NCBI GenBank assembly: GCA_003452185.1
Contig: DMJJ01000467.1
Location: 1 to 35,924 of the forward strand
Source of the DNA: Verrucomicrobiales bacterium
GTDB lineage: Bacteria > Verrucomicrobiota > Verrucomicrobiia > Limisphaerales > UBA11320
DNA length: 35,924 nucleotides
Direction of reading: 5' to 3'
Shown here: positions 1 to 8,489 of the stretch, piece after piece
Numbering within the stretch: position 1 is the stretch's first letter
Layout of the letters: each line of letters starts with the position of its first letter
Translations under genes and position numbers: made by a program
The notes under the pieces: model-generated
Told to the model about the DNA's origin: nothing
The model's input: the letters and a program-made list of their open reading frames with translations, nothing else
The model's database searches: none

Positions 1-918
1 CCCCCATCGCTGGCGGAGCCCTGCGTGGGCTGCCTGAAGCTCGGCGAGGAGCCTCGCCTTGGCCGCCCTCAGGCCGGAAGCCTCGTCACGCCCCCCGCCC
101 GCCTCCCGGTACAGCGCCTCGAGTCGTCCCCGCGCCTCCTGGACCGAGGCGACGAACGCCGCCTCCTGGGAAAGCCATTCCTCATACTGCCTGAGCTCCC
201 CCGCGCGGCCCGACTCGGAGAGCCAGCGCCGCACCCCTTCCTCCGAGACCGCGGTGGCGAACGCCTCGTTGAAATCCGTGTCCCCGCTGATGAACAGGCG
301 CTGATGCGCCAGCTCGTGAAACAGGGTCTCCGCAATATCCGCCGGGGCGTGGTGGATCCAGGTGTTGAGCACCGGGTCCTTGAACCATCCCAGGGTGGAA
401 TAGGCCTCGACCCCCCCGACATACACATCCTCCCCCTGCCCCCGGAGACGGGCGGCAAGCCGCTGAGCCCCCGCCTCGGAATAATACCCCTGATACTTCA
501 GCCGCCCGACAAACGGATACCACCAGGTCCTCGCCTTGAGGGAAAACTCCGGTGCGGCGTGGACATTCCAGACTACGAACCGACGCCCGAGATCCGCATA
601 CCGCCCGTACTGCCCGTCGACAGGAAGGCTCAGGCGACGGGCGGCGAACTCCCGGAGGGAGAGCACCAGCTCGAGCTTCGACCTGAGGTCGGGCGGGGTC
701 GCCGGATCGGCCATCACCCGCTCGATCGGGCGCTCGCGACGCACGATCGCGAAGTGCCCGTTCACCGCCTGCCAATAGTAGGTGCCGGTCGAGCACCCGG
801 CGGTGGCCGCGAGGCAGACCAGCCCCCAAACCCCGGAACGCCGCCACCAGGGCCGACGACGACGCCCCCCGGCCGGCCGCGGGGGGCCCGGGTCCGCGAA
901 GGGGCCCCCGTCCGGCAT
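1..918 (-). CDS. Putative zinc aminopeptidase/metalloprotease lipoprotein (PF10023 'putative aminopeptidase' / DUF2265-like); C-terminus cut by the window edge
   Basis: Absent from the supplied ORF track because this minus frame has no stop before position 1. Hand translation from ATG 918..916 gives MPDGGPFADPGPPRPAGGRRRRPWWRRSGVWGLVCLAATAGCSTGTYYWQAVNGHFAIVRRERPIERVMADP...AYSTLGWFKDPVLNTWIHH...ETLFHELAHQRLFISGDTDFNEAFATAVSEEG... It has a lipobox-like TAGC and an HExxH motif (FHELAHQ = reverse complement of nt 301-321). The YYxQ, RxPI, ADP and YSTLGWF blocks match what I recall for this family. Track ORFs 25..966(+) and 182..1084(-) over the same DNA are low-complexity shadows. Confidence 0.8.
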   Translation of the reverse strand, partial: MPDGGPFADPGPPRPAGGRRRRPWWRRSGVWGLVCLAATAGCSTGTYYWQAVNGHFAIVRRERPIERVMADPATPPDLRSKLELVLSLREFAARRLSLPVDGQYGRYADLGRRFVVWNVHAAPEFSLKARTWWYPFVGRLKYQGYYSEAGAQRLAARLRGQGEDVYVGGVEAYSTLGWFKDPVLNTWIHHAPADIAETLFHELAHQRLFISGDTDFNEAFATAVSEEGVRRWLSESGRAGELRQYEEWLSQEAAFVASVQEARGRLEALYREAGGGRDEASGLRAAKARLLAELQAAHAGLRQRWG

Positions 919-941
919 TCCCGCAACTGGATTCGGCGGAT

Positions 942-1598
942 TCAACGAAATCGCAGCCCCAGGTAAATGCTCGCCCGATCCCCCTCCCCCACGCGACAGA
1001 GCTCCTCGAACCCGAAGGCCCGATAGAAGTGGTATGCCCGCTCGTTCCTCGCCCACATCCCGAGGTGCACACCGGCCGACCCACGATGCTTCATCCGATC
1101 CAGAAGCTCCCCCACCAGTCGTTTCCCCCACCCCTGCCCCTGCGCCCGCGGGAGCAGGTCAATGTGCATATGCGAGGGGTACGTCTCGATCGGCTCCGGA
1201 TGGGTGAGGTCAGGATGGTGCAGTTCGTGGTAGAGCCGCTCATCGAGGCTCCACGCCGCCGGATCCCCGGTGGGCTCGGGGTGCCGGAGCCTCAACGGGG
1301 GAAGCCACTCCGTGGCGAACCGGCGGAAGAAGGCCGGGGTGTCGAGCGCCCCGAGGCAGTAGCCGCAAACGCCCGACTCATCCTCCAAGAGCAGGGAGAG
1401 CCCGGGCTCGAACGCGAGGTACGCACCGACGTAAATATTCCCCAGCGCCCGCGGATCGCGGTAGAGGGCCGTGGCGTCCTTGCCGGCATCCCCCGTGCGG
1501 AGGCAGACCTCGTAGGCCGCGGCTTCATCCGCCGGGGTGTAGTCGCGATACCGAAGCCCTTTTGATCCGGAGGGGGAGGCGGGAGTGACGGTGCTCAT
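942..1598 (-). CDS. GNAT-family N-acetyltransferase
   Basis: 218-aa ORF with ATG at 1598. It has an acetyl-CoA motif-A-like AQGQGWGKRLV followed by ...ERAYHFYRAFGFEE, and coding-like composition. It sits 21 nt downstream of the GH84 gene and 23 nt upstream of the aminopeptidase ATG. Confidence 0.75.
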   Translation of the reverse strand: MSTVTPASPSGSKGLRYRDYTPADEAAAYEVCLRTGDAGKDATALYRDPRALGNIYVGAYLAFEPGLSLLLEDESGVCGYCLGALDTPAFFRRFATEWLPPLRLRHPEPTGDPAAWSLDERLYHELHHPDLTHPEPIETYPSHMHIDLLPRAQGQGWGKRLVGELLDRMKHRGSAGVHLGMWARNERAYHFYRAFGFEELCRVGEGDRASIYLGLRFR

Positions 1599-1619
1599 GA
1601 AGCCATGGGGAAGTGGGGC

Positions 1620-2987
1620 TCAAGCCGGGGCGATCGATCCATCTCCGGACACCTCCAGCAAGCGCTGGAGCCGGGCGACCAACCCTCCTCGATACGTGCC
1701 GGGCTGGTGGAAAATGGAGCGAAACGGGCCGCGGGTCCGGGCAGGCCGGTCGCTCCAGGCAACAAACCGCTGCAACAAGTCGACCTCCTCCTTCAGCTCC
1801 CAGACAAACCGGTAGAGTGTGTAGGAGAGCTCCCGGTCCTCCAGCTCCGTGATCCGGGTCTGCCACCGGGCGAGGGTGGCAGCGGTCGTTTCAAACCGGC
1901 GACGGGCCGCCACCCGCTGGCGGCGCCCCCCCCGAACCATCGCGGTCGCATCCCGAAGAAACCGTTCCCCCCCGTCACCGGCCGCGTACGGAAGATGGAG
2001 GGCGTCGGCCAGGAGCCGCAGCTCGGAGGGACTCGGGCGCCCCCCCATCCGGTCGCGAAAGGAGGGAAGCCACTCCCGCACCGCGGCCTCGTACGAACGG
2101 GAGACGTCCCACCCGCGCCCCGAGCGGACGTAGGCGGCGAAGGAACGGAGCGGGATGAAATTGGCCCGATACTCGCAGTTGGGGTTGATCAGGATCCCCC
2201 GGACCTCGGACTTCAGGGCGGCAGGGCGCCTGTCGTACGGGCCGAGATGGATCCGCCGCAGGTCGTAGTCGTTTGCAAACAGGTTGTCCCAGAGAACCGG
2301 CGGGCGGCGGAGCACCCCGGCGAGCGTCCGGATCTCCCCCACCCCGATCGACTCCGAGACGATGTCGCGTCCCGTCCAGAACACATCGACCTCCGGCGCC
2401 AGCCGTTCCCCCACCTCCCGGAGATAGCGGTTGGTCCGGACATCCCCGGCCATGCTTCCGCAGTAGGGGGTGGGGCAGAAGAGCAATCGCGCCTCGGGGG
2501 CCACCCCGCGCAGCCACTCAAGCGTGGCATGGGTCCAGGTGATGTGCGCCCCGGCCCACGACCCGTAGCGCCGCACATTCGCCTCGGACCCTTCGGGCGG
2601 GATGTCATCAAAGAGCAGCGCGAAGTCGCGGCACCCGAGGGAGAGCAGCTGGGATAGCTTCCGGCGCAGGAACCCCTCCATCTGGCTCCGGGTGTATTCC
2701 GCCTTGAAGCCCGGGGCGAGGCCGTAGAGGAACCGGATTCCGTTCCGCTGCGATCGCTGGATGAGGCTCCCAAGATCCCGGGCCTCGGCGGCCGAGTATC
2801 GGTCGTTCCAGTAGAGCCGGTGTTTCGGGTCATCCTTGGGGGCGTACAGATAGCTGTTGAGCCCCGCCTCCCCCATCCAGCCAAGGAGCTCCGCCCGTTG
2901 GGCCGGAGTCCAGGGACGGCCATAAAAACCCTCCACCACCCCCCAGAACGGGGCGGATGCAGAACCAGCTTCAGTCTGACGGCGCAT
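1620..2987 (-). CDS. GH84-family beta-N-acetylglucosaminidase (O-GlcNAcase-like), no signal peptide
   Basis: GVVEGFYGRPWT...YLYAPKDDPKH... and ALLFDDI (adjacent catalytic Asp-Asp) are GH84 hallmarks. A C-terminal ~130 aa helical region follows. The track start at 3029 is GTG. I prefer ATG at 2987 (MRRQTEAGSASAPFWGVVEGFYG). Confidence 0.85.
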   Translation of the reverse strand: MRRQTEAGSASAPFWGVVEGFYGRPWTPAQRAELLGWMGEAGLNSYLYAPKDDPKHRLYWNDRYSAAEARDLGSLIQRSQRNGIRFLYGLAPGFKAEYTRSQMEGFLRRKLSQLLSLGCRDFALLFDDIPPEGSEANVRRYGSWAGAHITWTHATLEWLRGVAPEARLLFCPTPYCGSMAGDVRTNRYLREVGERLAPEVDVFWTGRDIVSESIGVGEIRTLAGVLRRPPVLWDNLFANDYDLRRIHLGPYDRRPAALKSEVRGILINPNCEYRANFIPLRSFAAYVRSGRGWDVSRSYEAAVREWLPSFRDRMGGRPSPSELRLLADALHLPYAAGDGGERFLRDATAMVRGGRRQRVAARRRFETTAATLARWQTRITELEDRELSYTLYRFVWELKEEVDLLQRFVAWSDRPARTRGPFRSIFHQPGTYRGGLVARLQRLLEVSGDGSIAPA

Positions 2988-3194
2988 GATTTCGAACGGT
3001 TCGCCAGAGCCTGCCAAAGGGAGTCGCACGACTCCAACCGGAAACGAAGCCCCTCGCCGCTCCCATCAGGAGGATCGACAGGGGGCCTCGAGGCCCTGCG
3101 CGACCCGCACTCGGGAGGAACGGGAACAGGGCTGCCAGTCCGACTCAGGGGGAAACAGAAGGCTAGGTGGAAAAACCAAGGGGTGGGGAAAAGA

Positions 3195-3269
3195 TGGTGC
3201 GCGCTGCAGGATTTGAACCTGCGACCCCTTCCGTGTGAAGGAAATGCTCTACCACTGAGCTAAGCACGC
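3195..3269 (-). tRNA. tRNA-Val (anticodon CAC), CCA encoded
   Basis: The reverse complement folds by hand: acceptor GCGTGCT/AGCGCGC (one G-U pair), D arm GCTC-AGTGGTA-GAGC, anticodon stem TTTCC/GGAAG with loop TTCACAC (CAC), variable loop GGGTC, T arm GCAGG-TTCAAAT-CCTGC, discriminator A, then CCA. Confidence 0.9.
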
Positions 3270-3291
3270 ACAACCGACCGTGACGGAGGCA

Positions 3292-3319
3292 AAAATAAGG
3301 CCACCCGGCCGCAATTCAA
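3292..3319 (-). promoter_or_regulatory. Candidate sigma-70-type promoter for tRNA-Val
   Basis: The minus strand reads CTAAAAAAAC-TTGAAT-(16 nt)-TATTTT. The -10 element ends about 22 nt before the mature tRNA 5' end. An A-tract directly upstream of the -35 resembles an UP element. This is pattern match only. Confidence 0.35.
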
Positions 3320-3460
3320 GTTTTTTTAGCCCCGGGGGGTGCGGAGTCCGGATCAACAGCAGCCACGCTCACTGACGAGCCCCGTTCGGAGGTTCGATCC
3401 TCACGGGGGTGTGACATTGGGCTTTGCCTGCAGAGTACGAAGGCTGGTAGGGTCCCGGAC

Positions 3461-4924
3461 ATGAGCCTCGTGTCACCCTCCGATCCCATCCAGGCCACGC
3501 ACCGCACGATCCTGCGGCCCGCGGCCACCCTGGCCCTCCTCTTCATGGTTGGCATGGCAACCGCCCAGGCTGCGGCCAACCGCGTCCACGCGACCCCGCC
3601 CACGGCGCTCGACCGCTATGTGGCGGCCCCGGATACGAACTTCGAATGGCACGTGGTCAACACCCTCAAACAGGAGGGGGCCACGGTTCACATCCTGGGG
3701 ATGACCTCCCAGGCCTATCTCACAACAAACGAGTTCGACAAGCCGCTCTGGCATCACTGGATCACGGTGGTTGTCCCGGACGACGCCACCAACACGACAG
3801 GCCTCCTGGTGATCAGCGGCGGATCAAACAACCGCCCCGCCCCGACCAAGGTGGACACCACCATGGCCCTGCTGGCCCGGGCCTCGAAGTCCGTGGTCGC
3901 CGGTCTCACCGGGATCCCGAGCGAGCCGTTGATCGCCCCGGACCGCACCAACAAGCTGAGCGAGGATGGGCTCATCGCCTACACCTGGGACAAGTTCCTC
4001 CGCACCGGGGATGAAAAGTGGCCCGCCCGGCTTCCGATGACCAAGGCCTCGGTGCGGGCCATGGACGCCGTCACCGCCTTCTGTGCAACCGAAGCTGCAG
4101 GGAAGCGAACCGTCGACAAGTTCTTCGTGACCGGGGCCTCCAAGCGGGGATGGACCACCTGGACCACCGCCGCCGTCGACCCGCGGGTCGTGGCGATCTC
4201 CCCCATCGTGATCGATGTTCTCAACGTCGAGGCCTCCCTCAAGGGTCACTACGAGTCGTATGGATTCTTCGCCCCCGCCGTCGGCAACTACACCAACGAG
4301 AACATCCCGAGCTGGATGGGAACCCCGCAGAACCGGGCGTTGATGAAGATCGAGGATCCGTACGAATACCGCGCCCGCTACACGATTCCGAAGTACCTGA
4401 TCAATGCCGCCGGGGACCAGTTTTTTGCCACCGATTCCGCCCGATTCTACTTCAACGACCTCCCCGGGCCGAAATACCTCCGGGCCGTCCCGAACGTCGA
4501 CCACGGGGTGAAGGGGGGCGATCCGTGGCTCTCGCTGCTCGCCTTCTACGATGCGATCCTCAAGGGGGCGCCGCTCCCGGACTTCGCGTGGAACCACGAG
4601 AAGGAGGGGGTCGTCAAGGTGACCCCCAAGACCAAGCCGACCGGGGTGCGACTCTGGAAGGCGACGAATGCCGAGGGACGCGACTTTCGACTGGAGAAGA
4701 TCGGCCCCGCCTGGACAAGCACCGACCTCACCCCCTCGGCCAACGGCGACTACACGGCAGAGGTGTCGAAGCCCGAGAAGGGGTGGACGGCCTATTTCGT
4801 TGAGCTCACCTTCCCGAGCAGCGCGATGTCCCCCTTCATATTCACCACCGACCCACGGGTCGTCCCCGACACACGGCCGTTCAAGTTCGTTCCGGCGGCC
4901 ACGCCGGGGACCTTCATGAAGTAA
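3461..4924 (+). CDS. Secreted PhoPQ-activated pathogenicity-related protein family (PqaA / PF10142-like alpha/beta-fold protein)
   Basis: 487 aa. Signal peptide is LALLFMVGMATAQA. The blocks WHHWITVVVP, LLVISGG, LPMTKASVRAMD and GASKRGWTTWTTAAVDPRV are as I recall for this family. Confidence 0.75.
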   Translation: MSLVSPSDPIQATHRTILRPAATLALLFMVGMATAQAAANRVHATPPTALDRYVAAPDTNFEWHVVNTLKQEGATVHILGMTSQAYLTTNEFDKPLWHHWITVVVPDDATNTTGLLVISGGSNNRPAPTKVDTTMALLARASKSVVAGLTGIPSEPLIAPDRTNKLSEDGLIAYTWDKFLRTGDEKWPARLPMTKASVRAMDAVTAFCATEAAGKRTVDKFFVTGASKRGWTTWTTAAVDPRVVAISPIVIDVLNVEASLKGHYESYGFFAPAVGNYTNENIPSWMGTPQNRALMKIEDPYEYRARYTIPKYLINAAGDQFFATDSARFYFNDLPGPKYLRAVPNVDHGVKGGDPWLSLLAFYDAILKGAPLPDFAWNHEKEGVVKVTPKTKPTGVRLWKATNAEGRDFRLEKIGPAWTSTDLTPSANGDYTAEVSKPEKGWTAYFVELTFPSSAMSPFIFTTDPRVVPDTRPFKFVPAATPGTFMK

Positions 4925-4938
4925 GCCACAAGCCGGCT

Positions 4939-4973
4939 CCCGCCCCTCTGCGCGCGGTTTGCAGAGGGCGGGC
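4939..4973 (+). terminator. GC-rich hairpin after the PqaA-family gene (possible terminator, no U-run)
   Basis: CCCGCCCCTCTGC-(gcgcggttt)-GCAGAGGGCGGG, about 12 bp with one bulged C, starting 15 nt after the TAA stop. No T-tract follows. Confidence 0.35.
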
Positions 4974-5163
4974 GCGATCCGGGCGGAAGCCCCCTCTCCC
5001 GGGGAAGCCGGCTGCGGCCAACCCGCGACCGGCCTCGGACAACGCTGGGGGAGTTCCCCGGGGCACCCCGCCTTAGGTTGGGGCAGACCCGGTCCGCGAA
5101 CAAGGCCGGGCGACTTCAGGCCGCGGCTTCCCTCCCCCTCACCGCGGTTTGGGAAAGGGTCTC

Positions 5164-5496
5164 ATGAACCGTTCCGGCATCTCGGTCCTGTTCGCCTTGG
5201 GTCTCCTGCTCGGCGGGTGTGTCACCCCGGTGCGCCCCGTGAGCAACGCCCACCTGCTCGACTTCCTGAAGGACGGGCTCACCACCCGGGAGTCGGTGGT
5301 CTTGGAGCTGGGGCAGCCCTCCGGCCTTCTCGAATCCGGGCGCATCCTCACCTATCGGGTCGGACGGGAGCCCGATGACGGTTACTTCGTCCGCGAGGCT
5401 GGGTCCCAGACCTGGAGCCAGACCAAGTACAGCCTCGTGCTGGTGTTCGACGAGAGGAAGATCCTGGTTCACCACGCGCTGGTGGAGGTGAGATGA
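5164..5496 (+). CDS. Small lipoprotein, BamE/SmpA_OmlA-like fold suspected
   Basis: The ATG at 5164 gives MNRSGISVLFALGLLLGGC (lipobox LLGGC). The track start at 5149 is TTG. The motif GLTTRESVVLELGQPS resembles the BamE-like 'G.T..qV...LG.P' block. Confidence 0.6.
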   Translation: MNRSGISVLFALGLLLGGCVTPVRPVSNAHLLDFLKDGLTTRESVVLELGQPSGLLESGRILTYRVGREPDDGYFVREAGSQTWSQTKYSLVLVFDERKILVHHALVEVR

Positions 5497-6059
5497 GGCA
5501 GGAGGCAACAGTTCGGGTCTGGCGAGTCCCCCGTACGGCCGACCCCCCGCCGCCGGGCCCGCCTCCGATCACCCTGGCCTGGATCCTCCCCCTGCTCCTC
5601 CTTGGTCTGACGTTCACCGGGTGCATGATCCTCCCCCTGCCCCTGAATCGAAGGGCTCCGGAGACGCGGCAGAATCTGGATCCCGGGGTGACAAACTGGA
5701 TGGTGCGAGGGAGCACCACACGGCAGGAGGTTCTCCTGCGCCTGGGGGAACCCGACCAGGTCCTGCTGGAGGATCGCTGGTTCCGTTACCACTCGGACCG
5801 GGTGAAGTGGGACATACTCTGGATAGCCGGCATGGGGGCAGGGGCCGTTGGCGGGGACTGCGAGCTTCGACGCCACCTCAACCTGATCATCCGGTTCGGC
5901 GACTCAGGCCTGGTGGAGGAGATCCAGTACCTCCGCTCGGTGCTGGACGACCCCGCGGAGAACGAGGCCACGGGACTGAGCCGCAAACAGCTCCTTCCCT
6001 CGACGCCCCCCGACACCCCGCCCCCCGAGGGGGTGGAGGCGTGGATCCGGCCCGAGTAG
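5493..6059 (+). CDS. Lipoprotein, paralogous to the preceding gene, with a Pro-rich C-terminal tail
   Basis: Its ATG overlaps the upstream stop (ATGA at 5493-5496) and is preceded by GGAGGTGAG. Lipobox is LTFTGC. GSTTRQEVLLRLGEPD parallels GLTTRESVVLELGQPS in the neighbour. Confidence 0.6.
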   Translation: MRQEATVRVWRVPRTADPPPPGPPPITLAWILPLLLLGLTFTGCMILPLPLNRRAPETRQNLDPGVTNWMVRGSTTRQEVLLRLGEPDQVLLEDRWFRYHSDRVKWDILWIAGMGAGAVGGDCELRRHLNLIIRFGDSGLVEEIQYLRSVLDDPAENEATGLSRKQLLPSTPPDTPPPEGVEAWIRPE

Positions 6060-6083
6060 CCCGCTCGCGAGGGAGCGTGCCCG

Positions 6084-8300
6084 TCAGGGCCGGGACAGCA
6101 GCCATGCGAGCGCGGGCCCGCTCTCGGGGGAGTTCCCGATGGCGAGCTTCGCCAGCGCATGTTCGCGGTTATAGGCGGCCTGCACCCTGGCGATCCCCTC
6201 CGCGGTTTCCCCAACGAGGTACAGCCCCCCGGGAGCCGCAAGGCCAAGCATGCCCGGAAGGTCATCATACTGGGCCCCCCCCGGCAGGAAGTCGGGGCTG
6301 TGAATCTCCGTCACCGAGCCAAACCGGAACCCCGCGGTGTCGATTACCGTGGAATCGACAGCATCCCCCGCTTGCGCACGGGCCGCGGCCACCCAGTGGC
6401 CGGCTCCCCGGAATCCAACCAGATCCACCACCCGGGGGGTCCGCTCGTGGTGCTTCACAAAGGAGACGAGCTTCAGGATGTCATGCACCCGCTGCGCGAA
6501 GACCGCGGGAGTGTATCCAAAGGTGTACGCGGCGGCCTCGCGAGGGTTCTTGACCCGCGGGGTCCGCGTGAACGTCTCGCCCGGCTTCAGGAACTCCCCC
6601 TGGTGCACGAGGTCGATGCCCATCACCGACACCCCGGCATCGAGCAACTGCTTCACGCCGGGCGCGGGTTCGCCGCCGGGGGCGAGAAGCCCCGCCTTGC
6701 CATCAGGATGAATCCAGAGCACCACGCGTCCCTTCCACTCCTTGGGATGGAACGCCAGAACGGGGTTCTCCTCCTGACGCGACGCCTGACGCAGCATCCC
6801 GCCAATGACCCAGTAGGCCCCGCGATCCTCCTTCGTGACCTGCTGGTAGGAGAGCTCCGCGGCAGGGGGCATCCCCCGCCCCAGCACCACGTCCACCCCT
6901 CCCCCGAACACCCTGCGATACTCCTCCGCGGAGGAGCGGGCCGGACGCAGCTGCTTTTGAAGATCCTCGTGCCACCAACGGACCAGCTTCCGCTCGAACT
7001 CCGGGCCGCCGGCCGGCTTCGGGTGCTTCTCATCCCAGACCGTCATCTCCTCAGGGGTCAGGCGCCGGTAGTCGGTCTCCACCACCGGTTCCGCAAGCCC
7101 GAGGTGGAGATGGCGGTTCATCCACCCGTACATCACCGCACGGCTCGGGTAGTTGTAATTGTGACCAAACTGATTCAGTCCCTGGAACGCGACATTCTCG
7201 GGAACGCCGAGCATCGAGTAATGCTGCCGGAGCTCGGGAAATCCCTTCGTCGCCATCTCCCGGGTCCAGTCGTTGGCACCGGTCATCCCCAGCGGCTTGG
7301 GGGCAAAGAGCGCGGCAATTTCCACGTTGCCGGTGTCGATCCGCAGGCCGCTCGCATTCTCACAGGTGCATCCCCCCTGCATCGCGGTGGACACCATCAC
7401 CGCGGGGAACGCGACGGCGGGCCGGGGATCCAGGGCCCCCAGGATGAACGTCTGGGTTCCCCCGCCGCTCGCCCCGGTGACTCCGATGCGCGCGGAATCG
7501 ACATCCGGCAGGCTGCAGAGGAAATCGAGGGCGCGGATCGAATTCCAGGTCTGCAGGCCCATGACGCTCTGAAAATGTTCCTCCGCCTGCGGGCTGAAGA
7601 GCCCCCAGCTCTCGGGGGAGTTCATCTCAGGCCGCTGCTTGGAAAACCCGTGCGACAGGGAGGAGGGGATCTGGAGGCTGTCGGCGTAGCCGATCATGTC
7701 GTAATGGAAGACAACGCATCCCATCCGCGCGAGTTGCACGCACCGGGCCTGAAGCGGGCTCCGCCCGCTGTCGCCAAACTTTTCCCCGCCGCTCGCCAAC
7801 TCGGCCGCAATTCCCTTGGCGTTGTCATAGAACCGGCCATTTTCCCAATGCCCGTGCGGGGAGAGCACCGCCGGGAGCTTTCCCTTGGAACCCTTGGGAC
7901 GGTAGAGGCTGCCGGTCACGAAGAACCCCGGCATGCTCTCGAAGTACACCCTCTCCACGGTGTAGGTCTCACGATCCACCTTCCCGTGCACCACCGCGTG
8001 GAGCGGCGTCCGGGTCGGCATCGGCCAAAGGCCCAGGGTCACCTGGAGCTGACGACGGAGGCGTTCGGCCCGCACAGCCCAGGCTGCGGGGTTGGGCGAG
8101 GGGGTGAACGGGAAGTACCCGTCCAGGTCCTTGGGGGCCTCCAGGCGGGCATCCTTGGGGAGTTCACCGGGCGGGAGCACATGCGCCACGTCACCCCGCA
8201 AGGCCGGGGAGAGGGCGAGCAACCCCGCGACAGGGAGAATGAGGAGGAACCGGCATCGGGCAAGAGTCGATGGCTTCATGGATGGATGGTCCCGATACAT
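6084..8300 (-). CDS. Secreted alpha/beta hydrolase (acetyl-xylan-esterase / dienelactone-hydrolase-like), two-domain, 738 aa
   Basis: It carries a signal peptide; the alternative ATG at 8279 gives MKPSTLARCRFLLILPVAGLLALSPALRG. The nucleophile elbow is GVTGASGGGTQTF (GxSxG), with SPHGHWENG upstream. Composition is coding-like over the whole length. The antisense 770-aa track ORF is a shadow. Confidence 0.7.
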   Translation of the reverse strand: MYRDHPSMKPSTLARCRFLLILPVAGLLALSPALRGDVAHVLPPGELPKDARLEAPKDLDGYFPFTPSPNPAAWAVRAERLRRQLQVTLGLWPMPTRTPLHAVVHGKVDRETYTVERVYFESMPGFFVTGSLYRPKGSKGKLPAVLSPHGHWENGRFYDNAKGIAAELASGGEKFGDSGRSPLQARCVQLARMGCVVFHYDMIGYADSLQIPSSLSHGFSKQRPEMNSPESWGLFSPQAEEHFQSVMGLQTWNSIRALDFLCSLPDVDSARIGVTGASGGGTQTFILGALDPRPAVAFPAVMVSTAMQGGCTCENASGLRIDTGNVEIAALFAPKPLGMTGANDWTREMATKGFPELRQHYSMLGVPENVAFQGLNQFGHNYNYPSRAVMYGWMNRHLHLGLAEPVVETDYRRLTPEEMTVWDEKHPKPAGGPEFERKLVRWWHEDLQKQLRPARSSAEEYRRVFGGGVDVVLGRGMPPAAELSYQQVTKEDRGAYWVIGGMLRQASRQEENPVLAFHPKEWKGRVVLWIHPDGKAGLLAPGGEPAPGVKQLLDAGVSVMGIDLVHQGEFLKPGETFTRTPRVKNPREAAAYTFGYTPAVFAQRVHDILKLVSFVKHHERTPRVVDLVGFRGAGHWVAAARAQAGDAVDSTVIDTAGFRFGSVTEIHSPDFLPGGAQYDDLPGMLGLAAPGGLYLVGETAEGIARVQAAYNREHALAKLAIGNSPESGPALAWLLSRP

Positions 8301-8489
8301 GCGGGCAGGAGGCCCCAGGAATCAAGCCGGAACGACTCAGCCCTCCGTGGGCCTTCCCCCGATGCGGCCGGGGGGGGAAGGCCGGCGGAAGCCCTCAAAA
8401 CAGCCCCCGTCACCCCGGGGCCGCGCCCCTGCCGTCGGATCAAAAAAAGTTGGCGCTACCCCCTTTTTTGAACGAAGGTTTCCATTCTT

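Noticed and set aside
3387-3405. tRNA-like T-arm sequence CGGAGGTTCGATCCTCACG near tRNA-Val (possible second tRNA or att-site remnant)
   Set aside because: I could not build an acceptor stem, D arm or anticodon arm around it on either strand. The stem is only 4 bp with a 6-nt loop. I treat it as a chance GGTTCGATCC match or a simple leader hairpin of the PqaA-family gene.
3195-4924. Genomic island integrated at tRNA-Val
   Set aside because: There is no integrase, no direct repeat of the tRNA 3' end that I could find, and no visible composition shift in the flanking genes.
4959-5378. 139-aa + ORF, and 103-aa - ORF (4792..5103), in the PqaA / lipoprotein intergenic region
   Set aside because: Both are Arg/Gly/Pro-rich with no motifs. 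One overlaps the real lipoprotein gene out of frame. I treat 4925-5163 as non-coding.
6159-8471. 770-aa + strand ORF
   Set aside because: It is antisense to the alpha/beta hydrolase gene and has low-complexity R/G/P/H composition. The minus frame has a signal peptide and a GxSxG elbow.
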